A stretch of 44,430 bases of DNA, from NCBI GenBank assembly GCA_030539455.1, contig JAUNRZ010000002.1, positions 1-44,430 on the forward strand, read 5' to 3'. The notes beneath the pieces were generated by a model, which worked only from the letters and a program-made list of their open reading frames with translations, did not search any database and was not told where the DNA came from. Of the stretch, positions 7,657 to 16,977 are shown one piece after another; the first letter of the stretch is position 1; the number at the start of each line of letters is the position of its first letter. Source of the DNA: Paracoccus sp. (in: a-proteobacteria) (GTDB taxonomy: Bacteria; Pseudomonadota; Alphaproteobacteria; Rhodobacterales; Rhodobacteraceae). The translations under genes were made by a program, and so were the position numbers.

Positions 7657-10113
7657 TCAGTGCAGCGTCGTCTTTTCACCGCCGCCGCCGAGGCGCAGCT
7701 TTTTGAGCCAGGCTGCCAGCTCCACGCCCTCCAAGCAGCGGCGCGCGACAAGCGCATGAGCCATATCGCTCAGCAGCTGCGCGTGGGGTGCAAGCACCTC
7801 GCTTGCCCTTGCCTCTGCCGCCTCAAGCCGGGCGCGGACGCGGGCAGCGGCCTCTTTGTCCTGCAAATAAGCCGAGTGGGGGAGATCGCGCCAGAGCGGG
7901 CCCTCCGCGCCGATGCCAAGCTGGCTATCGATCCGGCAGGCGAGCTTGCTCGCCTGGGCGAGATCGCTGTTAGCCGACCCCCCTGCGCCGGCCGAGATCG
8001 AGCCGAGGAGGATCTGCTCGGCCGCCCGACCCGCCATCAGGACCGAGAGCCAGGTTTCGATTCCCGCCAGGTCGCTGGTAATCGCGTGCGGGCTCTGGAC
8101 CGTCTCGCCGCCATCGGCGGTCAGCATCACCCGCGAGCACGGCGCAAGACCGAGCGCCGCCCCGACCAGCGCGTGGCCGCATTCGTGAATCGCCGTGCGC
8201 CGGAGCGATGCCGGGGTGAGCCCGCCGCCCATCATCTCGCGCAGAGCTGCCTCCAGATCCGCCTCACAGATCTCGCGCTTCTCGGCGCGGGCGGCGCTCC
8301 GCGCGGTGCGCACCGCCCCGTCGAGCTGCGCCGCCGAGAGGCCGGTGCCGATCTGCGCCAGCCGGTCCAGCGTGCCCTCCAGCTCGGCGCCGTCTGGCGC
8401 GACATCGCGACCCAACGCATCGCCGATGCAACCAGCAAGGATCTTGCGCACCGCATGCGGTCCCGGCAGCGGGACCTCGACCAACTTGTCAAACCTTCCG
8501 GGCCTCACCGCGGCAGCATCGAGAAGCGAAGGGTAGTTGCAGGTCCCGACAACCAAAACGCCCTCCATTTTTTTCAACGCGTCCATCTCGACGAGAAAGG
8601 CGTTGATTACCTGCTGCGCGTAGGCGCGATGACGGCCCATCCCCGGCTCGGCGCGATCGCCGAGCCCGTCGACCTCGTCGATAATGAACACGCAAGGCGC
8701 GTTTTTCCGGGCGGCCTTGAAGTCGTCCCGCATCGCTTTGAGCATATGACCCAGATGGCCGGCGGACTGCCATGTCCCGAAGTTCCCGGTAATCACCGGG
8801 ACGCCAGCGCTGTTGGCCATTGCTCGCGCCAGATGGGACTTGCCGGTCCCGGGCTGGCCGTAAAAGATCACCGACCGCTCGACACTCGCCCAGCTGATTT
8901 CGCCGCGCTGCCAGGCGCCCAGATCCTCCACCATCCGCTGCGCCGTAGCTTCTGCCGCGCCATATCCCTCAAAGTCGTTGAGAACAGGCCCCTTGGCTTT
9001 CGCAGAGTCGGCGCGCTGGCCTTGCTTGGCTGCAATCTCGCGCAGCCTCTCCACGCCCGCAAAGAGGCCGGGGCGGCGGAACGCGGCGGTGATATCGTGC
9101 GGGGAAAGTTCCGCCAGCACATCATCATCCGGCAAAGCGCGGATCACCCCTGCGCCGATGCGTCCGGTGGCAGAATTCGTGTGCCGCAGGCCCTCGGCCA
9201 GGATGGCGCGGCTCAGCGGAGCCAGCTTGCGTTCGGCGCAGAACGCCGCTTGAATGCCGGCGGGGAGGACCAGATCCTTGGGCGCGATCGCGACGATCGG
9301 CGCCGGCCCGCCGAGCTGCTTGAAAAACTGCTCGTAGGTCGAGTTATACGCCCTCCCCTTCCACTCGGTTTTTTCATCGACGAGCTCCAGCACGAGCAGC
9401 GTGTCCGCGCCCTTCACATGAAGCCGTTCCTCGGTCACTTTGCTCCCATTCGGCAGACCCAGCAGTTTCAGGGCAGCGACGACGCGCGTCGCGCAGGGCT
9501 CGCCGTCGACCCGCAGCAGATTGACCGCGCCCGGGGCAAACAGCGCCGCGATCCCCGCCGCCCCGCCGAGGCTCACGCCGAGCCGCAGGGCAAACAGCAT
9601 CTTCTCGATCGGGATGAACTGTTTAGGGCGATCTTCCAGCGTCTCGGGGTCGACCGCATAGGGATCATGGCCGGCCTGAGCCAGGGCACACTGAAACTCC
9701 CAAGGGTGAAGCATGATCGCCCGCGAGCTATTCACCGCGGCCAGCAATCCGCCCGGGCGCGGGCGGCGCGTGACGCCGCCCTGCGTCTGCGCCGAATCCT
9801 TCGCGTCCCTGGCGCCATTTGCGTCTTTCGCGTCTTTCGCATCAGTCTCCGCCGCGGCATTGGCGGGGCCGAAAGCCGCATCAGTCCACAGCTCCTCCTG
9901 GCCCGCGGCCTGTCCAAAACGCTTGCCGTGATCGCCCATCTTGCGCGGGCTGCCACTTTCGCCGTCCTCCTCGCGCAGCGCCTGCGAGATGCGATCGCCG
10001 AGCGCGCGCAGCGCGTTTTCGGGCAGCACATTGTCCATGTCGGCCGGCATGGCGGACGCCGCGCCGGCAGTGAGCGAGGCGGGCAGTGCGGGGGTAAAAT
10101 CGTGCTGATTCAT
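7657..10113 (-). CDS. Soluble FtsH-like AAA+ ATPase / peptidase M41
   Basis: Walker A GQPGTGKS, Walker B VFIIDE, SRH AVRPGRFD, HECGH zinc motif, GRAAE and SDL; RBS AAGGAG before ATG 10113; no clear N-terminal transmembrane pair. Confidence 0.85.
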   Translation of the reverse strand: MNQHDFTPALPASLTAGAASAMPADMDNVLPENALRALGDRISQALREEDGESGSPRKMGDHGKRFGQAAGQEELWTDAAFGPANAAAETDAKDAKDANGARDAKDSAQTQGGVTRRPRPGGLLAAVNSSRAIMLHPWEFQCALAQAGHDPYAVDPETLEDRPKQFIPIEKMLFALRLGVSLGGAAGIAALFAPGAVNLLRVDGEPCATRVVAALKLLGLPNGSKVTEERLHVKGADTLLVLELVDEKTEWKGRAYNSTYEQFFKQLGGPAPIVAIAPKDLVLPAGIQAAFCAERKLAPLSRAILAEGLRHTNSATGRIGAGVIRALPDDDVLAELSPHDITAAFRRPGLFAGVERLREIAAKQGQRADSAKAKGPVLNDFEGYGAAEATAQRMVEDLGAWQRGEISWASVERSVIFYGQPGTGKSHLARAMANSAGVPVITGNFGTWQSAGHLGHMLKAMRDDFKAARKNAPCVFIIDEVDGLGDRAEPGMGRHRAYAQQVINAFLVEMDALKKMEGVLVVGTCNYPSLLDAAAVRPGRFDKLVEVPLPGPHAVRKILAGCIGDALGRDVAPDGAELEGTLDRLAQIGTGLSAAQLDGAVRTARSAARAEKREICEADLEAALREMMGGGLTPASLRRTAIHECGHALVGAALGLAPCSRVMLTADGGETVQSPHAITSDLAGIETWLSVLMAGRAAEQILLGSISAGAGGSANSDLAQASKLACRIDSQLGIGAEGPLWRDLPHSAYLQDKEAAARVRARLEAAEARASEVLAPHAQLLSDMAHALVARRCLEGVELAAWLKKLRLGGGGEKTTLH

Positions 10114-10731
10114 CTTTGTGATCTCCTTGGCTCGTGCGGACCAAGGGGCGATCACGTCGCGCCGGTCAGGTCCGCTTTGGATAAATTCCGCCCGCAATCA
10201 TCGCGGCGCGGCGCGAGGCGTTGCCGGACGCAAAAATCCGGGCTCGCTGAGCTATTCGCCGTTGATGAAGATGGGCGGTCATGACCGATCCTGACGCTGG
10301 AGATAGCGCGCCTTATACCACAGGCTTCCATCAGATGCGAGAGGGCTGGTCTTTTTTTGGTGACCAGGAGTGAACCTGGTCTATTTTCGGTGTGCTTTCG
10401 GGGTAAGAGGGTTGCTTTCACAGTGAAGGGCTTGTGGTGGGTTTGCGGTTTCCTTTTTGTCGTGCAGCGGCCCTGTTGCGCGTTACGAAGGTCAGTTCAG
10501 AGGCAGATTGCCTTATGCGACTGGGCGTTTCTCTGGTTGTTGTGATCTCCTCACATGCGTCCGGTTTGCGGTCGTTTGTGCGGGGATTTTCGCGCTGAGG
10601 CCGCGCGGCAGTGAAAGGAAAGCCCGCGGCGCAGGCACTGGGGCGGTCACCAGCTACGGCCCTTTTTTTACAACGCCCCTTGGCTCCGGCGCAGCGGGCC
10701 GGGAGGATTGAATAACCGCCAAAAACGAGGT

Positions 10732-11973
10732 CTATTCCCGGTCGGAATTCGCCGCGACTTTCCTGCTGCGACGATGCGTTCCGTTCTTGGCCTTGCGCTG
10801 CGCCACCGCGATCCGCTCGAGCGCGCCCAGGATCACGCCCTCCAGCGCGCCGTCATAGATCTCCGAACCGACGCGGATCAGGCCCTGGAACCGGGCCGGA
10901 TCGATCACCGCGCCGGGATATTCACGGCGCAGCCGCGCATGAAGGCGCTTTTCTGCCCGCATCGCCGACCGGCCCGTCCGCATCTGGACCTCGGCCAGCA
11001 GCGTGCCGCAGCGCCCCTGCTTGCGCTGGAGTTGATGATCGAGCCGTGATCGCGGATCTCGCGAAAAACCGAGCTTTACGACGGGGCGGGCAAATCCTGG
11101 CAAATCGAAGCGCATCGCATAGAGGGCGCTCGGCGAGGCAGCCCAGCCGGGATCGCAGGAGCCACAGGCAAACCGGCCGGTTTGCATATTTGCGCGCGCC
11201 ACACGCTGGCGGTGCCCGCAGACATGCGCATAAAGCCGATAGTTCGGATTGCCATCCGGATCCGGGCCGAGCAGCTCCCAGCCTTGCGCATGGGCCTCCT
11301 CTGCTTCGCGCGCGGCATGGCAGGTCTCGCAGCGCAGGCCGGTCTCACCCGCGCCAACGCGGTGGATGAGCTCGAACTGCCGGCTGAACGCGTGCCCGCA
11401 CCGCCCCCGAAAGTGGAAATAGCCGGGTTTTGCCGGCATGGGGCCGAGATAGGCCAGCCCGGCCGCTTTAGCGCTTTCCTCGCGCTTTCGTTCGAGACAG
11501 CGAGGGCATTGCGGGTGCGCAGTCCGCAGCGTGAAGAGCTTCGACATGCTGACCGCGGCGCATGTATGGCAGCGGAGCGCCAGGTGATAGCGGTCACGGA
11601 TCCGCGCCAGCACTGCAAAACCCTTCTGCGCCGCCATCTGCTGCCAGTGAGGGACGATTGGACCGGGATAAAGCGAATAGGCTGTGCCGTCGATGATGAA
11701 CGTCTCGGGCTCGCTCATGCGCGAAGCCTCGGCGATCGGCGCGGGGGTGATCGAGTTTTCGGAGATCAAATCCGGCATTGCGGCGGGCTTTGGCGAGAGA
11801 GCGCTCTCCTGCGAAGGGGCGGTATGCTGTGCAGGCTGCGCCTTCGTCGATACATTCACCGGCGCGGCGCTAAGCGCTGATTGCTGCTGGACCAAGCTTG
11901 CGGCGCGAGCGATGTTGGACAGGGTTGTACCGGACCGGGTGTTTTCCGGCCGGGAAATGTTGGGCTGAGACAT
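10732..11973 (-). CDS. Multi zinc-ribbon protein with C-terminal GIY-YIG (T5orf172/MUG113-like) nuclease domain
   Basis: CHTC, CPRC, CGH, CETC, CGH, CGSC; then LY.M...VKLGFSRDP..RL, E..LH..L, SEIY; RBS GGAGG. Confidence 0.75.
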   Translation of the reverse strand: MSQPNISRPENTRSGTTLSNIARAASLVQQQSALSAAPVNVSTKAQPAQHTAPSQESALSPKPAAMPDLISENSITPAPIAEASRMSEPETFIIDGTAYSLYPGPIVPHWQQMAAQKGFAVLARIRDRYHLALRCHTCAAVSMSKLFTLRTAHPQCPRCLERKREESAKAAGLAYLGPMPAKPGYFHFRGRCGHAFSRQFELIHRVGAGETGLRCETCHAAREAEEAHAQGWELLGPDPDGNPNYRLYAHVCGHRQRVARANMQTGRFACGSCDPGWAASPSALYAMRFDLPGFARPVVKLGFSRDPRSRLDHQLQRKQGRCGTLLAEVQMRTGRSAMRAEKRLHARLRREYPGAVIDPARFQGLIRVGSEIYDGALEGVILGALERIAVAQRKAKNGTHRRSRKVAANSDRE

Positions 11974-12134
11974 ATCAGGCCCTCCGTAGAAAAGAAGACA
12001 GGAGATGCGCCGCGCGCGATGATTTCTCGCGCGGAACATGGATTGGCATCTGGTGATCTTGGCGGGACCGAGCGCGGATCCGGGCGGCCTATTCGTCGCC
12101 CGGACACACGCATCGCGGCGTTGAGACGGGGAGC

Positions 12135-12710
12135 TTAGATCGGACTGGGGCCAGCGCCCGCGGGCCCGGCGCCGTCGGGCCAGGCGGTGGGCGGATACAG
12201 GAACGGCGTGTCGTCGTCAGGCAGGATCACATGTCCGGCGACATCCGAGATCACGAAGAGCTTCACCTGCGCCATCGTCAACAGACAGTTGACCTGGCGC
12301 ACACGCCTGCTATCGCCCGGCAGACGAAGCAGCGCATCGACCGTCTCCATGTCATCTAGGATCGCCGACAACTCGCAAGGATCCTCCGCGCCGAGGGCGG
12401 CATCGATGATCGCCGTCATCTTCAAAAGCGCCGTGTCGCCGTGATCGAGGCGATCGCCGGTCATGCTCTCGGCGAGATCGCGCAGCGCAGTGATGTGCGT
12501 CCAGAGCGCCTCCTCCGCCTCCTCGGATGCGCGCAGCCAGTGCTGGCAAGCGGGATCCCAGAAATTCTCGAGGTCGTGCAGATCCATCTCGCAGCGGATT
12601 ACGCTATCCATCGCATTAAGCAAAACTTCGAACCGCGCCGTCACCGGCGTGAGCGGGCCGAACGGCCCTTCAGTTGCGCCATGGCGCATGGTAGGGGGCT
12701 TAGTAGCCAT
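12135..12710 (-). CDS. hypothetical acidic helical protein (WDPA motif)
   Basis: RBS GAGGAG before ATG 12710; 191 aa; plausible codon usage. Confidence 0.7.
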   Translation of the reverse strand: MATKPPTMRHGATEGPFGPLTPVTARFEVLLNAMDSVIRCEMDLHDLENFWDPACQHWLRASEEAEEALWTHITALRDLAESMTGDRLDHGDTALLKMTAIIDAALGAEDPCELSAILDDMETVDALLRLPGDSRRVRQVNCLLTMAQVKLFVISDVAGHVILPDDDTPFLYPPTAWPDGAGPAGAGPSPI

Positions 12711-12831
12711 CGTGATCTCCTCAGATAGATCGCTGTGGTTAGAGCCGGAGTGAGAGCACCACCTCTTGCTTCGGCTCGACCAATATGCCATCTATGCATT
12801 TCGATGTCAATATCACAATGCGAGAAATATT

Positions 12832-13002
12832 ATGGCCCCTCCGAAAAAAGATACTGAAGCCCTAACTGTGCGCCTCCCACGCGACATGATTCAGGCGATT
12901 GATGACCGGCGCCGTCTCGAGCCCGATCTGCCCACGCGCCCGGAAATGATCCGACGCGCACTCGCCGAATGGCTCGGGGAGACCGACAAGGCGCAGCATT
13001 GA
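12832..13002 (+). CDS. Ribbon-helix-helix (CopG/Arc-like) regulator
   Basis: 56 aa, LTVRLPRDMIQAIDD.RR...TRPEMIRRAL pattern; divergent from the 12710 gene. Confidence 0.8.
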   Translation: MAPPKKDTEALTVRLPRDMIQAIDDRRRLEPDLPTRPEMIRRALAEWLGETDKAQH

Positions 13003-13256
13003 GGCGGCGGCGCTTCACGATTGGCGCGTGAGAATACGCGCATGATAGCCCTTTGCTGGTGGCTGTCGCCTGATCTCGCGGCGAAGAAAATGAGCGCCGC
13101 GTAACCTGCGCCAAGCGGTGGTGCAGCCGCGCTCTTAGTTGCCTCGTGCCGTTCATCAACTGCTCCAATCGACGTGCTCGGTCATGGTCTGCCCCATTGC
13201 TAGAGAGGATGGCGTCGAACTCGCCTTTTGTGACTGCGGTCAAATAGCAGACCTCA

Positions 13257-14030
13257 GGCCAGCCTGGTCATGGAGCAGGTGTTGAGGCCGCGCTTCAATT
13301 TCACCCCGAAAGGCCAACGCGGACGGGCCGGTCGAAGGATTTGATTATGGCGAATGCGGCTACGATCCGAACAAGTGTAGAATCGGCTTCAATGAAGCGC
13401 AGGGGCAGTTCCAAATCGAGATCAAGGGCTTGGCGCAGCCGAAAAGCAAAGAAGCCGAACTGATTGTCAGCCAGGACCTGAACGAGGTAATAACCGCCTA
13501 CATGCAGGACACGACCGCCATCGAACGCGGCATGTTCGATAAGAGTGTCGTGCCGGAGAAACTTACACGGGTTTGGCTGGGCAAGATCATTCGGGACAAA
13601 TACCCGACGCTTGATGACGAGGATCAGGAGGCGGTGCGCCAGCGCGCGATCGCGGCGCTGAACCTCACCCAGCAGGCCACGGCGGCAATCACCCAAGGCA
13701 CTGACGAGGGAAGCGACAGCAATGCCTTCGTCGATGGAGTTCGCCGGTTCGCGATGAGCGTGACAGAATTGGAGATCGACCTGATCGATCGCATCAGCCC
13801 ATTCGCCGAGGCTTACGCCATGTCGAAGACGATAGAAGAGGCCAGCCTGAAGCAGGTTGCTGCGGAGCTCAATGCACGCAGGGTGCTGGTGACGCCGGAA
13901 GAGGCGCGCGATCTTGCGAAGCGCGCGCTGAAGTTGAAGCAGGAACGGGGCCGGTTGCCCGGCATTACTTCATCCGACCAGTGGGAAAAGCGCATGGCAG
14001 AAGAAGTGGCATTCCTCGCACGGATGACCC
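13257..14030 (+). pseudogene. C-terminal remnant of a YeeB-like DEAD/DEAH helicase (restriction-associated type)
   Basis: ASLVMEQVL.PRF.F.PK, frameshift, then IEIKGL, IDLIDRI.PF..AY, GRLP...S.D.WEKRMAE; no helicase core or start codon. Boundaries approximate. Confidence 0.55.
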
Positions 14031-14170
14031 AACCATGTTCTGGCTGTCATCGTCGACAATCGGCCAAAAGTCGCAGCCGGGCGGGCGCCGGCGCATTCGG
14101 GCGCTCTGCAACCAATGTCGGATAGAACTTTGCGGCAAGCGCGGGTTAGCCTGAACTAAGGGGGGATTTG

Positions 14171-15355
14171 ATGACGCGTATTTTGATGATATGTGCGGCG
14201 GTCTGTGCGGCTTTGGCCGCACCCGCCTCGGCCGAAGACGTGATCCGCGCCGCCGTTCTTCGCGTTGACCGCCCGGCTCTGCCGCCGATCTCGCGTCTCG
14301 ATGCGCTGCCGGATGATCTGGGCTTCGCGGGGGCCGAGCTTGCCACGCAGGACAATGCGACGACCGGCCAGTTCATGGGCCAGAGCTTCGAGACCGAAAC
14401 CCGCGCCGTCCCGGAGGATGAGGCGATCGCCGCGCTTGACGAGATACTGGGCGAAGGCGTGCGCTTTGTCGCGGTCCTCGCGGGTGACGAGGCGATGCTG
14501 GCGCTTGCCGATCACGCATCCAGCACAGCGCCCGATGCGCTTTTGTTCAACGCAGGGGCGGCGGGCGACAATCTGCGCAACGAGGATTGCCGCGCGAATG
14601 TGATCCATGTCGCACCCAGCCGCGCAATGCTCACCGACGCGCTTGCGCAGTTCCTGATCTGGAAGCGGTGGGATCGCTGGCTGCTGATCCACGGCAGCCA
14701 CGAAAGCGATCACGCCCTGCGCGACGCCTATACGCGCGCGGCGCAGAAATTCAACGCGCGCATCGTCGAGACGCGCGAGTTCGCAGATAGCGGCGGCTCG
14801 CGCCGCACCGAAAGCGGCCATGTGCAGGTGCAGGCGCAATTGCCGGTCTTTACCCAGAACGCGCGCGAGCATCATGTCGTCGTCACCGCCGACGAGAACG
14901 GCGTCTTTGCCGCTTATCTGCCCTATCAGACATGGGACGCCCGCCCCGTCACGGGCTCGGCGGGGCTCGAGCCGCGTGCCTTTCACCCCGCGCTCGAGGC
15001 ATGGGGCGCGACCCAGTTCCAGAACCGGTTCGAGCGGCTGGCAAACCGGCGGATCCATGATGCCGACTACGCGGTCTGGCTGTCGCTGCGCGCGCTTGGC
15101 GAGGCGGCGAGCCGCGCCGGCGGGACCGATCCCGCCAGTTTGCGCGACTACATCACCGGGGCGGAATTCCAGCTTGCCGGGTTCAAGGGCGAGGCGCTGT
15201 CCGTGCGCGACTGGGACCATCAGCTTCGCCAGCCGGTGCTGATCGCGACGCCGCATCTGGTCGCCTCGGTCTCGCCCCAAGAGGGGTTCTTGCACCAAAG
15301 CTCGCAGCTTGACACGCTGGGCACCGACCGCGCCGAATCCGCCTGCCAATTCTGA
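14171..15355 (+). CDS. ABC transporter substrate-binding protein, PQQ alcohol dehydrogenase-associated (PedA1-like)
   Basis: Signal peptide; DNATTG.F.GQ, LR.E.CR.N..H..PS.AML.DAL.Q.L.WK.W, WGATQFQ.RF, R.WDHQLRQP, DTLG.D..ES.C. Confidence 0.9.
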   Translation: MTRILMICAAVCAALAAPASAEDVIRAAVLRVDRPALPPISRLDALPDDLGFAGAELATQDNATTGQFMGQSFETETRAVPEDEAIAALDEILGEGVRFVAVLAGDEAMLALADHASSTAPDALLFNAGAAGDNLRNEDCRANVIHVAPSRAMLTDALAQFLIWKRWDRWLLIHGSHESDHALRDAYTRAAQKFNARIVETREFADSGGSRRTESGHVQVQAQLPVFTQNAREHHVVVTADENGVFAAYLPYQTWDARPVTGSAGLEPRAFHPALEAWGATQFQNRFERLANRRIHDADYAVWLSLRALGEAASRAGGTDPASLRDYITGAEFQLAGFKGEALSVRDWDHQLRQPVLIATPHLVASVSPQEGFLHQSSQLDTLGTDRAESACQF

Positions 15356-15370
15356 CGAACAGAGGTTTCC

Positions 15371-16342
15371 ATGATCCGCTTTGCTATCTTCGCGTCAGTC
15401 GCAATCGCGCTTGCCAGCCCCGCTTTGGCGAACCGCGTCTTCGTGACCAATGAACGCAGCAACGACATCACGGTGTTCGACAGCCAGACGCTCGAGGTGA
15501 TCGGCACCTTCCCCGGCGGGAACCGCCCGCGCGGGATCACCATCTCGCCCTCGGGGCACGAGCTTTACGTCTGCGCATCGGATGACGATCTGGTGCGCGT
15601 CTACGACCCCGAAACGATGCGCGAGCTGCACACGCTGCCCTCCGGCCCGGACCCGGAACTGTTCGTGCTCCACCCCTCGGGCAATCCCCTCTTCATCGCC
15701 AATGAGGATGACAACCTCGTCACCGTGGTCGATGTCGAAACGCGCGCGGTTCTGGCCGAGATCCCGGTCGGGGTCGAGCCCGAGGGCATGGGCGTCAGCC
15801 CTGACGGTCGCTATGTCGTCAACACTTCAGAGACGACCAACATGGCGCATTTCATCGACACCGAAACCTATGAGATCACGGCGAATATCCTCGTCGATTC
15901 GCGCCCCCGCTTTGCCGAGTTCACCAAGGACGGCAAATGGCTTTACGTCACCTCGGAAATCGGCGGCACGGTCAGCGTGATCGACCCCGAGAAGAAGGAG
16001 ATCGTCCACAAGATCGAGTTCGAGATCCAAGGCGTTCTGCCCGAGGCGATCCAGCCGGTCGGCCTGCGCGCAACCGCCGATGGAAGCCGCGTTTTCGTGG
16101 CGCTCGGCCCCTCGAACAGGGTCGCGGTGATCGACGGCGAGAGCTGGGAGGTGCTCGATTATCTGCTGGTCGGCGCGCGCGTCTGGCAGCTTGCCTTCAA
16201 TCCCGATGAAAGCCTTCTGTTCGCGACCAACGGGATCACCAATGATGTCTCGGTGATCGACGTCGCGGCCGAGCGTGTGGTCAACACGGTAGAGGTCGGG
16301 CAATTGCCGTGGGGCGTCGTCGTGGCGCCCGACCCTGAATGA
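15371..16342 (+). CDS. PQQ-catabolism-associated YVTN beta-propeller protein (PedA2-like)
   Basis: FVTNE, RPRGI, GPDPE, ANEDDN, GVEPEGM, TSETTNM repeats; signal peptide. Confidence 0.9.
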   Translation: MIRFAIFASVAIALASPALANRVFVTNERSNDITVFDSQTLEVIGTFPGGNRPRGITISPSGHELYVCASDDDLVRVYDPETMRELHTLPSGPDPELFVLHPSGNPLFIANEDDNLVTVVDVETRAVLAEIPVGVEPEGMGVSPDGRYVVNTSETTNMAHFIDTETYEITANILVDSRPRFAEFTKDGKWLYVTSEIGGTVSVIDPEKKEIVHKIEFEIQGVLPEAIQPVGLRATADGSRVFVALGPSNRVAVIDGESWEVLDYLLVGARVWQLAFNPDESLLFATNGITNDVSVIDVAAERVVNTVEVGQLPWGVVVAPDPE

Positions 16343-16374
16343 CGCGCAATCAAGTTTCACGAAAGGGAGGATCC

Positions 16375-16851
16375 ATGACCCATCTGCTGACCCGCCTCGC
16401 GGCCTGCGCGCTTCTGGCTTTGCCCGCTGCCAGCCTTGCCGATGATCTGCCCGCCGGCCATATCTCGGTCGGCGATCATCACGATTTTGGCCCCTCCGGC
16501 ATCATGGTGCGATCGAACCGGGCCGAGCTTTTGCCGCTGACCCTCTCTGCCGGCCAGCCGGTGGCCGAGACCGAATATGACCTCAGATCGGGCGGCTATT
16601 ACCGGATCAGCATCGAGGCGGACGGAACCCAGGAACTGGCGCTGTCGGGGGGCGATTTCTTCCGCGCGATCTGGATCAACGAGGTGGTCATCAACGACAT
16701 CGAGATCCGCCCGATGGGCGTCCATTCGATCGAATTCGACGCGGCGGGCGAGGCGCGGATCAGTTTTATCGCAATCGTGCCGGGGCGATACGAGCTCGCC
16801 ATCCCCGGCGCGCGCGGCGAGACGCAGCGCGCAGTGTTCAACATCCGTTGA
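16375..16851 (+). CDS. Periplasmic hypothetical protein, possibly cupredoxin-like fold
   Basis: RBS GGGAGG, signal peptide, FFRAIWINEVVI..IEIRP and PG.Y motifs. Confidence 0.75.
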   Translation: MTHLLTRLAACALLALPAASLADDLPAGHISVGDHHDFGPSGIMVRSNRAELLPLTLSAGQPVAETEYDLRSGGYYRISIEADGTQELALSGGDFFRAIWINEVVINDIEIRPMGVHSIEFDAAGEARISFIAIVPGRYELAIPGARGETQRAVFNIR

Positions 16852-16852
16852 T

Positions 16853-16977
16853 ATGACAGCGCCCGCGCTGCTGATCGACCGGCTCAGCCATCGCTACGGC
16901 GCGCATCCAGCGCTGAGCGATGTCTCGCTGAGCGTCGCGCCGGGGGCGTTTCACGCGCTGCTGGGCGTCAATGGCGC
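16853..16977 (+). pseudogene. ABC ATP-binding subunit truncated within Walker A
   Basis: LSHRYG...ALSDVSLSV.PG.F.ALLGVNGA, cut by the IS3 terminus at 16978. Confidence 0.8.

Noticed and set aside
7459-10284. 941-aa ORF on the + strand
   Set aside because: Antisense shadow of the FtsH-like gene; Arg-rich and without motifs.
12830-13243. 137-aa minus-strand ORF overlapping the RHH gene
   Set aside because: No RBS or motif and conflicts with the better-supported RHH gene; at most a gene fragment.
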